A stretch of DNA of 63,192 nt, counting the filler. It is 11 parts of 11 records of this genome, joined end to end, with 100 filler letters (N's around TTAATTAATTAA, not from the genome) between each part and the next. Parts side by side here need not be neighbours in the genome. Positions count along the whole stretch, not along the records: positions 19,371 to 26,068 come from SRR7504441_6921; positions 26,169 to 33,804 come from SRR7504441_6929; positions 33,905 to 41,085 come from SRR7504441_6932; 8 more parts are not named here. The stretch is one strand, 5' to 3'. This document shows, piece after piece, positions 22,982-34,511 of the stretch. The notes under the pieces were generated by a model. That model searched no databases and was not told the DNA's origin. It saw nothing but the letters and a program-made list of their open reading frames with translations. The translations under genes were made by a program, and so were the position numbers. Each line of letters starts with the position of its first letter. Position 1 is the first letter of the stretch.

Positions 22982-25900
22982 ATGTCTCACACCCTCGCCA
23001 CCACCGCCGTCTGCACCGCCCCTACGCACTGCACTGGCCACGTCCATTCGAGCACTTGCGGCCACTTGGTAAGCGCGGGGCCGCCATAGGCTTGCAATTG
23101 ATTAGCTCGGTTGCAGGCCTTCAACCATGGCTCACACATCGGCTTCCTGGTGGATGGCGTGCTCGAGTGTTACGAGAGCGCCGGGCTAGAACTCGATGGC
23201 CTCGAGTTCGGCGGCCAAGCCTGCGGCCAGGACGGCTGCGAAGCCGGTGCCCACCTGCACGCGCAATACCATGATGCGCCCGTTATCCTCACCCGAGTCC
23301 CTGGGGCGCCGTGTCGCATCGCAATCACCGATACATATCCCAGCCGGTGCGAGCATGAGGGCCTCCGGCGACGCGCCCCGCACCCAGCCGCCGGCATCGA
23401 GGCCAGCCCGCACGTCCACTCTCCCGAGTGCGGACACCAGAGGATCCAGCACGGCGACCACTGGGACTACCTGGTGCCTCAAGAGCAAGGCCGAGTGCTC
23501 GAGCTTCAGCACCAGCACCAGGCCTGCGACGGCTGCTCGGCGCACATCGATTCGCACGGTTTGATCGCGGTCGCTGACGACGAGTGTTGTCCTCTTGTCC
23601 CAACTAGTACTGTTGAGGAGCCTTCCCCTTGGCGCTACAAGATCCGCGAATGGCTCGATCATGTCACCGGGGCATCACCACGCCCATGCGAAGAAGAGGC
23701 GGTGATCGATGTCGAAAATGATAACGCTGTAACGACGCGACTGATAGTTGAAGGGATTTGCTGTCCATCCGAGGTGAGCCTGCTCGCAATCCGGCCAGTG
23801 CAGGCCTGCTAATAGCTCTTACTGTGCCGCGACGATGAGACGGTTGGGTGCAGGTGCCACTCATCGAGAAGATCCTGGTGCCAATGAAAGGTGTGACTGC
23901 AGTCAAGGTGAACGTGACAGCGCGCACTGTTCTTGTCGAACACCACCCTAGTCATACCAAGCCCGAAGCACTGGCTGTTGCCCTAAACTCAGCTAAACTT
24001 GGCGCCAGAGTGGCCCGCGATAACGACAGAGTGGTCTCGGGCTCCTGGCCAAAGTGGTACGTGCTGCTCGCTGGGGCATTTTGGGCTGTATCGCTGATCA
24101 GCTTTGCTGAGAGTGAAGAGCACATCCTTGGATATTTCAAGTATAGTGCCTGTGCGAGTGTGCTCTTCTCTCTCCCCCCGATCGCAATCAAGGCGTTCCT
24201 ATCAGCGAGGCGCTGTGTGATGGACATCAACTGCCTGATGACAATCGCTGTCATTGGGGCATTTGCTATTGAAGAATACGTCGAGGGAGCCGCCGTGTGC
24301 TTCCTCTTCTGTTTCTCGGAGTGGCTCGAGACGCGCGCTACCGAGAAGGCCCGCAATGCGATTGCCTCAGTGCTGGCGCTTCGCCCAGACAAGGCTGAGA
24401 TTGCTGGCACAGGCGAGCAGGTAGAAGTCGACGCAGTGCTGGTAGGCTCTTTACTTCAAATACGTCCCGGTGAGAAGGTACCAATCGATGGAGAGGTCAT
24501 CAAGGGCTCAACTTCGCTTGACTGTGCGAGCCTCACCGGAGAAAGCAAGCCTGTGACAATGAAGACTGGTGACCAGGTTCAGGCGGGCACCATCAACATC
24601 TCGAGTTTCATCCTGATCAAAACCACTGCTCTTGCGAAGGATTCTGCAGCTGCGCGGTTGGTTAAGATGGTTGAAGAGGCGCAGACTCAACGGTCACCTT
24701 TAGAGCAGACAGTGGAGAAGTTTGCCAAGGTGTACACTCCAGTGATGGTACTTTCCGCTGTTCTGATGGCAACTATTCCATGGGCTTTTCTTGACGAGGA
24801 GGCAGCAATGGAGTGGGTATACCTCTCCCTGGTATTTCTGGTGGTCGCCTGCCCCTGTGCGTTGGTTATCTCTACTCCAATCACATATGTGTGTGCAATT
24901 GCTTGTGGTGCTAAGAGGGGAGTGATGATCAAGGGTGGGGTCTACTTGGAGGCGCTGAGTCGGATGAAGATACTGGCACTGGACAAGACTGGCACCCTAA
25001 CGCAAGGCCTGTTTGAATTGGTGCAGCTCGAGCCATCGATCGGCGTTTCAAGGAGTGAGCTGCTGAGACTGATTGGTTCAGTAGAGAGCCAAACATCCCA
25101 TCCGATGGGCGTCGCGTTCTTAGGCGCAATGCACATGGAAGGGATCGAACCGAGTGCCAACGTGGACGAGTTCGAGACACTTCCAGGCGAGGGGGTTGCA
25201 GCCCTTGTGGATGGGCGGAGGGTGATGATTGGCAACCGCCGGCTTGCAGAGAGAATAATGGGCAGTTTGAACCAAGAATTGCTGAGAGAAACACTGGAGT
25301 GGGAGAGAGAAGGCGGCACTGTAGGGTTCGTTGTGGTCAACGGGGAGCTCCTGGGAGTGTACTCAGTCGCAGATGCACCAAGGAGAGAGGCAGCACAGGC
25401 TGTGACTGAACTGACCAGTATGGGCATCGAAACAGTAATGCTCACTGGCGACAACGCCGGTGCGGCTGAGGGTGTTCGCAAAGCCGTTGGCTTGGCCGAG
25501 GCTAAGTCGCAACTATTACCAGAAGAAAAAACAGACCATGTTGCGCGCCTCAAGCAACGTGCTGAGATATCCCTGGAAAATTCCTCGGGTTGCTGTAAGA
25601 CTGTCGGAGCCGTCGGCTTTGTTGGCGACGGTATCAACGATGCACCTGCTCTAGCAGCAGCGGATGTTGGGATTGCCATGGGTGCAGCCGGGACGCCTGT
25701 CGCCATGGAGACAGCAGACGTTGTGCTGATGGACTTAAACTTACGCAAGGTCGCGGCAGTGGTCCAACTTGGCAAACTCGCAAGTGCCAAAGTTGCGCAG
25801 AATATCACTTTGTCCGTGGTCACTAAAGTGATTGTAATTGGATTGGCCTTGGGAGGCTATTCAGCTCTTTGGGCAGCAATCATCGCAGGTAGCCAGCCGG

Positions 25901-26068
25901 CTTAGATACCGCAACTAATTTGTTGCAGATGTGGGGTCAATGCTGCTCGTGTGCCTGAATGGCATGTCAGTTCTTCGCTTTGGTCGCACCCTGGACGCAA
26001 CCCAGCCTGGACACCATGGACACTCACACGCTGGCGACGCTGGCGAGGGCTGCAAGAGCCACGGATCG
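22982..26068 (+). CDS. P1B-type Zn/Cd-transporting ATPase with His-rich N-terminal repeats, 3' truncated
   Basis: HMA domain GICCPSE (plant HMA2/4 type), LTGES, CPCAL, DKTGTLT, SHP, TGDN, GDGINDAPALA, start of a His-rich C-tail. Introns at 23069-23116, 23774-23853 and ~25889-25928. Confidence 0.95.
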
Positions 26069-26435
26069 NNNNNNNNNNNNNNNNNNNNNNNNNNNNNNNN
26101 NNNNNNNNNNNNTTAATTAATTAANNNNNNNNNNNNNNNNNNNNNNNNNNNNNNNNNNNNNNNNNNNNGCTTGCAAATGTATGTTAACAAACTACTCGTA
26201 GTTGTGATCCGGTTACTCACTCGTGTACACGAGATCTTGTACTTAAATAAATTATTCAATCACATTACAATCACATGTGGGTGGCCTACATAATAATCAT
26301 GATCATTATCGTTGGCACGTCATTGTGCCTCATTGTCATGCTTTGCCGTAGCTTTGCCGGTGATCTCTATACTTGATCTCCAGCTAAGCACTATACTGAC
26401 GCCACCAGGACATAGTTGCTGAGCTCCCCGGCGCG

Positions 26436-26802
26436 TTACATCAGGCTGCACGCTGCGCACACCCCATCACACTGCTCCTCTATCAGCCCGGTATGATCGC
26501 AGCAGCCCACTGCGCGAACGATGTAGGAGTTCTCCTCGCCACCATCTTCAACGGTGAACACGTCGCCGGGCATAACAATGGCCCTAGGGAAGGTGAGCGT
26601 CACCACGTTTTCATTCTTCTCGGTGACGATGACGTCGAGCCCCTCCACTCGATACGGCAGCAACCCGTCGACCTCGAAGTGGCGGGCCGAGGCCTCGTTG
26701 TGCACCGCCTGGCCCTGCTTGGTGAACTCGCACGAGAGCAGCTCGCTGTCCTGGTCCTGCGGGACGAAGGCCAGCGTCTTCCCCGCGAGATCCAAAGACA
26801 TG
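26436..26802 (-). CDS. Small hypothetical protein ending in a CaaX box (CSLM)
   Basis: Clean ORF with coding-like codon bias between AT-rich flanks. Cys-rich C-terminus CDGVCAACSLM. Confidence 0.55.
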
Positions 26803-27057
26803 CTCGCACCTCTCGCTACGAGCGGAGGGACACTTGGTAACGGAAGTCTGCTTTTGTTTTTAATAAGCATTCGATTTTATGTATGACACGTATGTACATG
26901 TATCATGTGTATGACACATACATTCACATGTGTGCTTCAGACTCCATCTACACAATCATGATTCATTGACATTGCACACACAGCCCATTCATACCGGTGT
27001 AAGCTTAATTCATCACCCCTTGATCTAAGAACTAACCGCTTGTGGAAGGGCCCATGC

Positions 27058-28401
27058 TCATTTCTGGCGCTTCTCATACGGCGTGGAGCTGCGTGTGGAC
27101 GACCTGGTGGATGCTCGACTGAGCGGGTCCTCACTTGTATACGGGTCCACGCTATACAACGTGGTGGGCGAACTACACGAGGTGCTCCGCCAGCGCTGCC
27201 CACCTCCGCCAGACTTGCTGCTCTCCTGGGAGGAGACCGAGTTCGACCGGTTCCGGACGTAGCTGAAGATGGGCGTGCTCGCGTCCGGGTTGCTGGCGGA
27301 CACCGCGTACCCCATGTTGTATAGTCTCTCCAGATCCTCCTCGCGCTCCTGCTCGAGCCGAGCCTTGTCGGCGCCCACCTTTTGCAGCAGGGCGTGCTCC
27401 TCGGCCACCTGGTCCCGGATCGAGCCCGCGGGCCGGCCGGTGGCCACCTTGTGGCGCAGTGCGCTGTTCTCGCGCCGGAGAGTAACTAGTTCCTGCTTGG
27501 CATCTTCACGCTTGGCCCGGGCTGTCCAGCCAGTCAGCGGCCGCGCTGGGGAGGCGGGGCACAGTCCACTCGCTCCTGCTCCGAATGCTGTTTGGCCTGC
27601 TTCAGGTTGGCGATCTCAGTCACCATCCGGTCGAGTAGCCTCGCCTGCTCATCCCCGACCTGTCCCGAGGCTAGCCCCCGGCCCGCCGCACGCAGAGACC
27701 TCGAAGGTCTCATCTGTCTTGAGCCGCTCCACGCTCGCCTCCAGCGCCACCAAAAGGTCCCCGCCCTCCTGGTTGAGCTGCGCTTCCAGAGAGCTGCCGC
27801 CAGCACATCAGCCGGTCGGCAGTCGGCACGGGCGCACTCTTTCTCCTTGGTCACGCTGGAGAGCTGTTTGTGCAGCTGATTGAACATTTTCTCCTGCTCG
27901 TGCTCGAGCTCGACCTCGAGCTCCAGCTTCTCCCGGCGCAGCGTGTCCAGCTTGGCTTGGAGCGAGTTGGTCAGGAACTCCTCCTCCGCCTCCACTTGCA
28001 TCGCCAGCGCTTCCTGCCCGGCCAGCTCGCCACCCGCCCGCCGCGCCCCGGCGCGTGCCTTCTCCCGCTTGAGCGCGGTCAGCCTCTTGATCAGCTTGTT
28101 TGTAATGTTCTCCTCCTCTTGCTCAGATAAGGTTTGCTGCCGCGAGCTCAGCCGGCGTGAGACGGCAGGCCGGACCAGCTCGACGTTCCACTTGCGGCAT
28201 TGATCGAGCGCCCCGCTGAGCGTCTCGTTCTTCTGGCACTCACCGGCCAGTTGGGACCGGAGCTCCCGGTTGGCCTGGGCCCCCCGTGAACCGCCCCCCC
28301 TGGCGTTTTGGCACCTCGGAGGCCGACTTGGCCTGGTCTTGGGCCTCGGCCAGCTGGGCCTTGAGCTGGGCGAGCTCCTCGGCTGGGCCCTGGTCCGGCA
28401 T
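27058..28401 (-). CDS. CCDC6: CCDC6-like coiled-coil protein, multi-exon
   Basis: EQEEENITNKLIKRL..LKREK, VEAEEEFLTNSLQAKL..LRREK.ELE..LE.EQE, and a Ser-rich tail. Confidence 0.82.
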
Positions 28402-28581
28402 TCCCGCCCCTGCTGCTCGTCTCAGCAACGCAGCGAGCCTTTGAGTTGCCCTTTGAGCCTGGCTTTGAGCGGCACCGGTCAAAAATCCGTTGTTTTGGCA
28501 TTTCGAGCTGGTCGGCCTTCGTACCTGCACGGCTGCACCTACAGAGTCCGGCCAGCCACAGAGTCGGCCAGCTGCCGGCAA

Positions 28582-30141
28582 ATGGCTCGCACAGCAGTGC
28601 TCCTCGCGTGCTTGTACTGCGTGGGCACCGCCGCACCCAACCCAGAGGCCCCGCGGCCTCACATCGTGTTCATCCTGGCTGACGACCTGGGGCACTGGGA
28701 TACAGCCATCCGCAACCCACTCGCCCCGACGCCGACGCTAGCCAACCTAACCAAGCACGGCATACGGCTCGACCACCACTATTCATTCCGTTACTGCTCG
28801 CCCACGCGACGGAGTTTCCTATCCGGCCGGCTTCCCAACAGAATCACCACCGTCCAGCCGGACGGGAGTAACCTGTGCTCGGACTTCTTGCCACTCGCTG
28901 TAGCCACTCTGCCGGAGAAGCTGCACTCCACCGGCCATTACGACTCCCACTATGTGGGCAAGGGCCACGAGGGGTACGAGACAACGGATCACCTGCCAGT
29001 GAACCGGGGCTTCAAGAGCCACGTAGGCTATCTGGCCGGGGCTGAGTCGTACTATTACGGATGCCGAAAGGGCACCTCGGGGCCGCGTGACTTGTGGCTG
29101 AATGATGGGCCTGGAACAGCCGTGGTGGATGACATATTCTACAGTGCAAATTTCTACGCTCAGCGGGCTGTCGAGATTATTGAGCAACACAACAAAAGCC
29201 GCAGCCTTTTCTTGTATCTGCCGTATCAAAATACTCACAGTCCGTACCAGCTGCCACCGAGTTGGGAAGTGAAGTCGTTCCCGCAGATGTGGGATCATAC
29301 GTACGCTAATATGATCCACATGCTCGACCGGGCAGTTATGAACGTGACCTCTGCGCTGCACTCGGCAGGGCTCTGGAAGGACACGCTGCTCGTATTTGCA
29401 GCGGACAATGGGGGCGTTGGGCAGTTTGGGAACAACCACCCGCTGAGAGGGCACAAGCACGACCCCTGGGAGGGCGGCACCCGCACTGCTGCGTTCGTGT
29501 CGGGAGGGTTTGTGCCCGCAGCGCTTCGAGGCACTGACTCCGGTGCCAAGCTGGTGCACGTCTCAGACTGGTATGCGACCTTCTGCTCACTGGCTGGTGT
29601 AGACCCGACCGACAATGTTGTCATGGATGGCGCGGTCAGGCCAATTGACTCAGTGGATGTTTGGCCGTTACTCACCAATACCAACACCACACAGCCTCGC
29701 GCTCTCACGCCGACCACGGAGGCCAGCATCATTGATGCTTCCAGCTCGGACAAATGGTGGAAACTGATCAATTTGGCAGGGCAATCAAACTACTACACGC
29801 CCAATGCGACTCAGGTTGACGGGACGGACCCGTGCCTTGCATCAAGCCAGCCAGACCCAGCAGAGCCCGGCAGGACGGATGCACTTGTAAACGGAGCATG
29901 TGTCGTCTGCAACAGCTCTCAGCCGTGTCTGTATGATCTATTGGCAGACCCACAAGAAATGCGCAATCTGGCGTCTACGCATCCCGATGTTGTGGCTCGA
30001 CTGACCGTGCCACTAGAAGAGAGCAACCGGCACTATGTGAGCGGGCACTTGTCACCTGATCAGTTAGCGAAGGACTACGTGGCAGTCGCAAAAGGAGCTT
30101 GGGGTGACTTCCTTGGACCCTGCTACAAGCGGAAAAAATAG
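28582..30141 (+). CDS. Secreted arylsulfatase (formylglycine-dependent, ARSB/I/J-like)
   Basis: Signal peptide, PHIVFILADDLG, CSPTRRSFLSGR (CxPxR), GKGH, ADNGG, N.PLRG.K...WEGG, HVSDW, LYDLLADP.E. Confidence 0.95.
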   Translation: MARTAVLLACLYCVGTAAPNPEAPRPHIVFILADDLGHWDTAIRNPLAPTPTLANLTKHGIRLDHHYSFRYCSPTRRSFLSGRLPNRITTVQPDGSNLCSDFLPLAVATLPEKLHSTGHYDSHYVGKGHEGYETTDHLPVNRGFKSHVGYLAGAESYYYGCRKGTSGPRDLWLNDGPGTAVVDDIFYSANFYAQRAVEIIEQHNKSRSLFLYLPYQNTHSPYQLPPSWEVKSFPQMWDHTYANMIHMLDRAVMNVTSALHSAGLWKDTLLVFAADNGGVGQFGNNHPLRGHKHDPWEGGTRTAAFVSGGFVPAALRGTDSGAKLVHVSDWYATFCSLAGVDPTDNVVMDGAVRPIDSVDVWPLLTNTNTTQPRALTPTTEASIIDASSSDKWWKLINLAGQSNYYTPNATQVDGTDPCLASSQPDPAEPGRTDALVNGACVVCNSSQPCLYDLLADPQEMRNLASTHPDVVARLTVPLEESNRHYVSGHLSPDQLAKDYVAVAKGAWGDFLGPCYKRKK

Positions 30142-30457
30142 CAAGCTATATACAGTATAGCACGTGCAACCATGCACACTTCTTGCATGATTATTCCCTC
30201 GGGTCGTCTATGGTCAAGTGCGTGTAAAGATAAACTCAATGCCCAAACTTTATTGAGGCTTTATTAGTTCTTATTAGGATGTACTTATTGGTATTTAAAA
30301 CTGAGCTGATACTCGTACGCCTCTTGTCATTCTAGTCCAGGGTCCGTAATTGGGTCTGTATAGGTCTGTGTAAATGGTATGCCTGAGGAGTTGTAATGGC
30401 ATTCAGTTGTCCGATGCCAGAATCAGGATCAAACTGTGGCCAATTACATGAGTTGTA

Positions 30458-30496
30458 GCACCTCATCAAAGCATTGCACCTCATCAAAGCATTGCA
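30458..30496. repeat. 18-bp tandem duplication spanning the stop codon of the Mid1-like gene
   Basis: GCACCTCATCAAAGCATT x2 followed by GCA. Confidence 0.9.
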
Positions 30497-31446
30497 GCCA
30501 GGAGTCCGAGCAAGCTTAAGCACAGCGTCAGCAGCCCTGCCTGCACCGGACGGGCGCTGTTCTGAAGACCCATGGGGTTGCAACAGTCTGTCGTGAAGAC
30601 GAGGTCGCTCTGAGATTCAGTGGCTGAATAGTACTGGCCGCCGCCATTCTGCAGGGTCTTGGGCATGCTTGTGACCTCAGCTGCACTTAGCGTGGTGCAG
30701 TAGGCGCTATCCGAATAGTCCCGGTTGTCGGTGGGGCAGGTGAATCCGAGAGTCACTGGGCACTTCTGGACGACCTCGTTGCATATCCGCACACATGGCT
30801 TGATGGCAGAGCACGAGGCACCACCAGCAGTCTCGCCGCTACTGAGCGCACAAGCTGGCAGGGTCATCGCCGCGGCCCAACGGGCGTACGCCTTGCGGCA
30901 GTCGTCGCAGTTCCAGTGGCTGTACTGCTCTTCGCAGTTGTACCTGTTGAGCGCCGAGTTGAAGGAATTGTAATACTCCTGGGCTACTTGACACTCGGCA
31001 ACGCCAGCCGCGTACCCTGCGTTGGGGGTGCGCACTTGGGCGTAGTAGGCCGGCTCATAAGCTGTGCCTTCGGGCAGTTCATGGTTGACGTTCCAGGAGG
31101 CCGGCTTGCTGTACGGCCCGAGGGTGGCCATGTAATTCTTGAAGGGGGAATTCCACACCGACACCGTGTCCGGGGTTTGCCCGGCCAGGTTGGTCCAATA
31201 GCATGGGTTGGGCGCAGCGATCGCCCCGATCCCCACATCGCCCCCGGTTATCGCGCTCTGGGCCTCGATCTTCTGGCATGTCCGTGTGGTGTTGAGGTCG
31301 GCGGTACCGTCTCCAGCGTTAGGGCAGCAGTAGGCCGGCCGGTTAGTGTTGGGCCATGTATCCCCCAATGTGGCCGCGTTGCACGCCTGACCGGCTGCCC
31401 GGGGCGCCAGCGCGGCCAGCACCACGAGCGTTCCAATCATGGCCAT
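30484..31446 (-). CDS. Mid1 / FAM155 (NALCN auxiliary)-like Cys-rich surface protein
   Basis: Signal peptide; CEEQYSHWNCDDCRKAYARW....LPAC; KPCVRICNEVVQKCPVTLGFTCP; CCNPMG; hydrophobic C-terminus like a GPI signal. Confidence 0.78.
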   Translation of the reverse strand: MAMIGTLVVLAALAPRAAGQACNAATLGDTWPNTNRPAYCCPNAGDGTADLNTTRTCQKIEAQSAITGGDVGIGAIAAPNPCYWTNLAGQTPDTVSVWNSPFKNYMATLGPYSKPASWNVNHELPEGTAYEPAYYAQVRTPNAGYAAGVAECQVAQEYYNSFNSALNRYNCEEQYSHWNCDDCRKAYARWAAAMTLPACALSSGETAGGASCSAIKPCVRICNEVVQKCPVTLGFTCPTDNRDYSDSAYCTTLSAAEVTSMPKTLQNGGGQYYSATESQSDLVFTTDCCNPMGLQNSARPVQAGLLTLCLSLLGLLAAML

Positions 31447-31469
31447 CCCTGTTGCAGAGTGTGTATCCT

Positions 31470-32650
31470 ATGAGCCAACTCAGGCAGAGGAGCCAGAAGT
31501 TGAGAAGCTCAACGGACGGATCCACCCGGCACCCCGGGATGGAGGACAGTGTGTTGTTCGACCCGGCTGAGGAGCTGCCGACACGGGACTCATGGGACAA
31601 TCCGAACGGGCCGCTCGACACCCGGGGCGCCTGGGTCAACGCCCAGCTCCACCAGCTCCGCTGCCCGGTGATCAGCTTTGACCAGTGCGACGAGACCGTG
31701 ATCGAGGCGGTCCACCCTCTCATCAAGCAACTAGTCAAGATGCGGGAGCATCTGGACGCCCAGGAGCAGACCATGCGGATGATTAAAACCCAGGTGGCCG
31801 CCGGCGAGGCCAGCAAGCTCCGCAGCATCCGGGAGAAGGCCGACCAGCAGGCCCGCCGATCCGGTCTCCCCCGGCCTCGACCGGCCTGACCGACCCGGCA
31901 GCCGCGCTCGAGCGGGAGCTAAAGGAGGCTAATGCCGAGCTCACGCGCCTCAAGATCGGCCGCCGGCCGGCCAGGCAGTGTCGCGCCCGTTGCGGGCGTG
32001 AGCCCTGGACAGGCCGACTAAGGGCAAGCTGGCCAGCCCGTCGCCGGATCGGCGCGAGGAGGCCACGAGTCCCCGGGAGGAGGCGCTTCTGGCGCAGATA
32101 TCGCACATGCGGGCCCGGCACGGCCAGGAGGTGGCCGCGCTCGAGGTTCTTGTCAGCTCGATCCAGACCGCGGTGCGCCGCCAGCATCCGCGCTCCTGAG
32201 CTCGAGGCGGAACAGGCTGAGAGCCCGGGTCATTCGCCGCCTCCGAACCTGCCCGCCGAGCCGGATGACCAGGCCGGGATCGTGGCGCGGCCTGGCGGTG
32301 CGCTCTGAGGGTGCTCGGGTGCTGATTGCCCGGGTGCAGGGGACACGACAGGCGAGGGGGAGGGACAGGCAGCGCTGGCTGTCCAATTGGCCGTAGAGCG
32401 GGTGGCGCGCGAGCAAGCGGAGGCGCAGCTCGAGGAGCTGAGGCGGCGGCTGGCTGCCCTGGAGATGCAGCCAAGCCCTGCACCGGCTCCAGACAGCGAG
32501 CCAGTACCGAGGGAGACGGTGCCGAGGGAGACGGCTCGCGGCTCCAGCGCAACTGTCGAGGCGAGCGCACCGATCGCTCCCAGACCGAGCCAGCCGATCC
32601 CTGTGAGGCCCCAGGAGGAGAAGCCGTGCCAAGTATGTGTGATCAGCTGA
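31470..32650 (+). CDS. Coiled-coil protein with C-terminal CaaX (CVIS), about 4 introns; start at 31470 or 31539
   Basis: Four ~35-43-nt introns link ORF 31470-31860 through ALERELKEANAELTRLK to ...KPCQVCVIS*. Confidence 0.6.
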
Positions 32651-32758
32651 AACTGGGGTAACCGTAAGTTAAAAAATTGTTGGTTCCAATATTGGGTCGT
32701 AGTTGGGTCGGCATCACTATTCACTAATTCACAATAAAACCACGGGCCGCGCATAATG

Positions 32759-33781
32759 TTATTTATCGTAACTTTTGGGGATGCCTAGATTGACCTCAAG
32801 GAAAAGTTCTACCTTTTTGTCCAGAGGGAATGAGGCTTCTCCTCGCTTGAGCTCGGCACAACGAACAAGGCATTCTACAAATTCATAGAAAGTGAGCTCC
32901 AAGTGACGCTCTTGACTATCAATGAATAGCATGTCGTCGTAATTGCTTAGCAGAAAATCTTTGAGCAGCTGGTCGAAAGTTATGTCCTGGTCAAGAACAC
33001 AGCGCTCTTGGAGCAACTTTTCTAATTGGGCTGTGCCACATGTCTCATCGTTCGGTTGACCTTCCTGGCTTGTGGCATAGCCTTCAAAAATGCGTTGCAG
33101 CTGGACCGAACTGACTTCAATCAGGTGCATGACTTGTTTGCTGACCTCTTCCTGTTTCTCTGTACGGATTGCTGGAGGGACGGAAAGCTTTGCCAAGATA
33201 TGCCGGACTTTATCCAGCGTCCAGTAACATTGAACAGTGAGGTACGAGACGTGCTCCAGCCACTGCAAATCTTTCCTGGCTGTTCGCTGATTTGCCAGCG
33301 TCTCCAACCCTGCAAGGCAATCAGCCTCTGCATCCTGGACCCGGCGTGGAGCGCCCAGCTCTGTCAGGGTCAGTGCATCCTCCGCTGGGCCTCTCTCATC
33401 TGCTTGCGGGCGCGGTCCATCGGGCCGACTGGCCAAGTCAGTCAGCTCTGTCTGTCCCTCTGGGGCGGGTTCCCACTGTGCTGAACCAGGGCTGATCCAG
33501 GAGGCCGGCACATGTACTCCTGCCGGCCAGGAGGGCTCCGCTGATGGCCGCCGGACGGAAGATCGGGAGGTCCTGGGTCCGGTGGCGCTCTTTGGAGCCG
33601 GCCACACCCGCCGGGCTGTCCGGGCTGTTGTTCTGCGGGTCCGCGGGGCTCGGGGCACCTGAGGCCTGCTTGGGGGAGCTGGGTGCCGCTTGTCTGTCCG
33701 AAGCAGCATCCCCTTGTGTGCCCCCAGGGACCCCTGATCACAACGGAATCGTGACGACTCGAGAGTACCTGGTACGGACAT
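32759..33781 (-). CDS. Hypothetical protein with a C-terminal degenerate EF-hand-like helical domain
   Basis: LQRIFEGYA...LEKLLQE...ELTFYEFVECLVRCA, a pattern I associate with flagellar-associated proteins. Disordered N-terminus. Confidence 0.55.
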   Translation of the reverse strand: MSVPGTLESSRFRCDQGSLGAHKGMLLRTDKRHPAPPSRPQVPRAPRTRRTTARTARRVWPAPKSATGPRTSRSSVRRPSAEPSWPAGVHVPASWISPGSAQWEPAPEGQTELTDLASRPDGPRPQADERGPAEDALTLTELGAPRRVQDAEADCLAGLETLANQRTARKDLQWLEHVSYLTVQCYWTLDKVRHILAKLSVPPAIRTEKQEEVSKQVMHLIEVSSVQLQRIFEGYATSQEGQPNDETCGTAQLEKLLQERCVLDQDITFDQLLKDFLLSNYDDMLFIDSQERHLELTFYEFVECLVRCAELKRGEASFPLDKKVELFLEVNLGIPKSYDK

Positions 33782-34511
33782 ACTGGGAGCCGGGGCGATT
33801 TTTTNNNNNNNNNNNNNNNNNNNNNNNNNNNNNNNNNNNNNNNNNNNNTTAATTAATTAANNNNNNNNNNNNNNNNNNNNNNNNNNNNNNNNNNNNNNNN
33901 NNNNAGCAGCATGTTCCGTGATTTGTGGTCCACAACTCGAATTGTGCAGGTGGCCCAGGCTCTGGTCCTGACTAGTACTGAATACCATGCTACCAATATG
34001 AATCGAATGTCCTTGAAGCCCCGGATCCCACCACCAATTTTGAAAAGTTTGAATCGTCCTTACAAAGCAGTTGTGGTGACCCTATCACACTTGAAGAAGT
34101 ATGAGCTGACGGTGAGGAGCAGTGTTCAACTTTTGAGATTCGACCCCTTGCACAATTTCTTTGCTTTTTGCCACTTTTGTGGTATTGACTCACCACAGCG
34201 CGACAAATAATTTGCGTCGAGTTCGTCATACAAATACGACAAATAGGGAACATCCCAAGCTCTCGCACGGATCATGGAGGCCTGTAGCGGTCCTGCGGTC
34301 CTGAGGCTCTGACCAAGTAGCCAGGGGTAGCACACCGCCACATATTTATCGGCATATGGCTCACCATTGGCATCCATTGAGGCAAAAACATCGCAAACAT
34401 GCGTGACCACGGCTTTCTGTCTCAGTGTGCTGAGAGGTACGGTAAGGATTCGATTCCGTTGCGGCAGCTGAGCTAAGACTCGAACGTTCGTCTCGGCTTG
34501 TGCACGTCGAC

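Noticed and set aside
28270..28581. N-terminal extension of the sulfatase ORF (similarly 18590-18874 and 36485-36649)
   Set aside because: These overlap the divergent neighbour gene; downstream ATGs give proper N-termini.
17609..30141. Sulfotransferase plus sulfatase as a sulfation cluster
   Set aside because: Different contigs; both families are usually multi-copy.
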